This document shows positions 63,509-64,000 of a stretch of 64,000 nucleotides of DNA, one piece after another. The stretch lies in contig OX638153.1 in the NCBI GenBank assembly GCA_951804945.1, forward strand, positions 30,938,001 to 31,002,000, written 5' to 3'. The notes beneath the pieces are model-generated. The model ran no database searches. It had not been told where the DNA came from and was given only the letters and a program-made list of their open reading frames with translations. The translations under genes and the position numbers were made by a program. Each line of letters begins with the position of its first letter. The first letter of the stretch is position 1. Source of the stretch: Podarcis cretensis. Its lineage: Eukaryota.

Positions 63509-63878
63509 GGGACACGGGTGGTGCTGTGGGTTAAACCACTGTGCCAACTGGGCTTGCCAATCAAATGGTCAGCAGTTCGAATCCCCGCAACGGGGTGAGC
63601 TCCTGTTGTTCGGTCCCTGCTCCTGTCAACCTAGCAGTTCGAAAGCACACAGTGCCAAGTAGATAAATAGGTACCGCTCCAGCAGGAAGGTAAACGGTGT
63701 TTCTGTGCACTGCTCTGGTTTCGCCAGAAGCGGATTAGTCATGCTGGCCACATGACCTGGAAAAACTGTCTGTGGACAAATGCCGGCTCCCTTGGCCAAT
63801 AAAGGAGATGAGCGCCGCAACCCTAGAGTCGGTCATGACTGGACCTAATTGTCAGGGGTCCCTTTACCTATACCTTTA
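63509..63878 (+). mobile_element. Sauria SINE (Squam1), full length
   Basis: Head gggacacgggtggtgctgtgggttaaacc, B box gttcgaatcc, tail ggggtccctttacctataccttta. Confidence 0.93.
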
Positions 63879-64000
63879 TCCCCGTTCTTAGCTTACACAA
63901 CTCTGACTATTTCTTTCTCACTTCCAGCCAGGTCTCCATTTGATCTCTGGCACAAAGCTACTTCCTTTGTTATACTAATGACCATGCTTAGGCTGCCATT

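Larger units (their letters stand above)
1..64000 (-). other. CDH23: Internal part of the cadherin-23 gene (from the intron upstream of exon 7 to the intron downstream of exon 14, human numbering); start and end of the gene lie outside the window
   Basis: Seven colinear minus-strand exons join in frame into cadherin repeats with Ca2+-binding motifs (DPD, LDYE, DQD, DVQDMDP, LDRE, DINDNAP, DKD, LDFE, NENDNRP), closely matching human CDH23 residues ~144-483 as recalled. Confidence 0.97.

Noticed and set aside
54006-64000. Search for the upstream CDH23 exon (…VGDVNDNAP…) here, and for the exon after exon 14 (ATDND…) in 1-4899
   Set aside because: Not found by eye; they presumably lie outside the window, consistent with long flanking introns.
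1-64000. Nested genes known from human CDH23 introns (VSIR, C10orf105), endogenous viral ORFs, CRISPR arrays or other prokaryotic systems
   Set aside because: No supporting ORFs or repeat-spacer structure; the human nested genes lie in more 3' introns.

Overview
Vertebrate, AT-rich, CpG-depleted genomic DNA from a squamate, most likely a lacertid lizard (inferred from the Sauria/Squam1, Squam2 and Squam3 SINEs). The whole window lies inside the cadherin-23 gene (CDH23, upper half of the hair-cell tip link) on the minus strand. Seven coding exons can be placed to the base with canonical AG/GT ends: 54005-53811, 52747-52619, 42416-42338, 29554-29442, 25734-25546, 8852-8703 and 5058-4900. Their lengths (195, 129, 79, 113, 189, 150, 159 nt) match human exons 7-11, 13 and 14 as I recall them, and they splice into one open 1014-nt/338-aa frame covering roughly EC2 to early EC5. 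Two of these exons are missing from the ORF track. No convincing equivalent of the human 6-nt exon 12 was found. The introns hold SINEs, L2/CR1/L1/RTE-BovB fragments, Tc1/mariner-type and hAT MITEs, and microsatellites. I found no demonstrably new biological system. The best leads are hypotheses: a candidate tiny alternative terminal exon giving a secreted CDH23 fragment, inverted SINEs bracketing a stop-free in-frame exon block (possible circRNA), a 5'-inverted BovB-type insertion with target-site duplication (TSD), and clusters of hair-cell transcription-factor motifs. Repeat family names and human comparisons are from memory, not from database searches.
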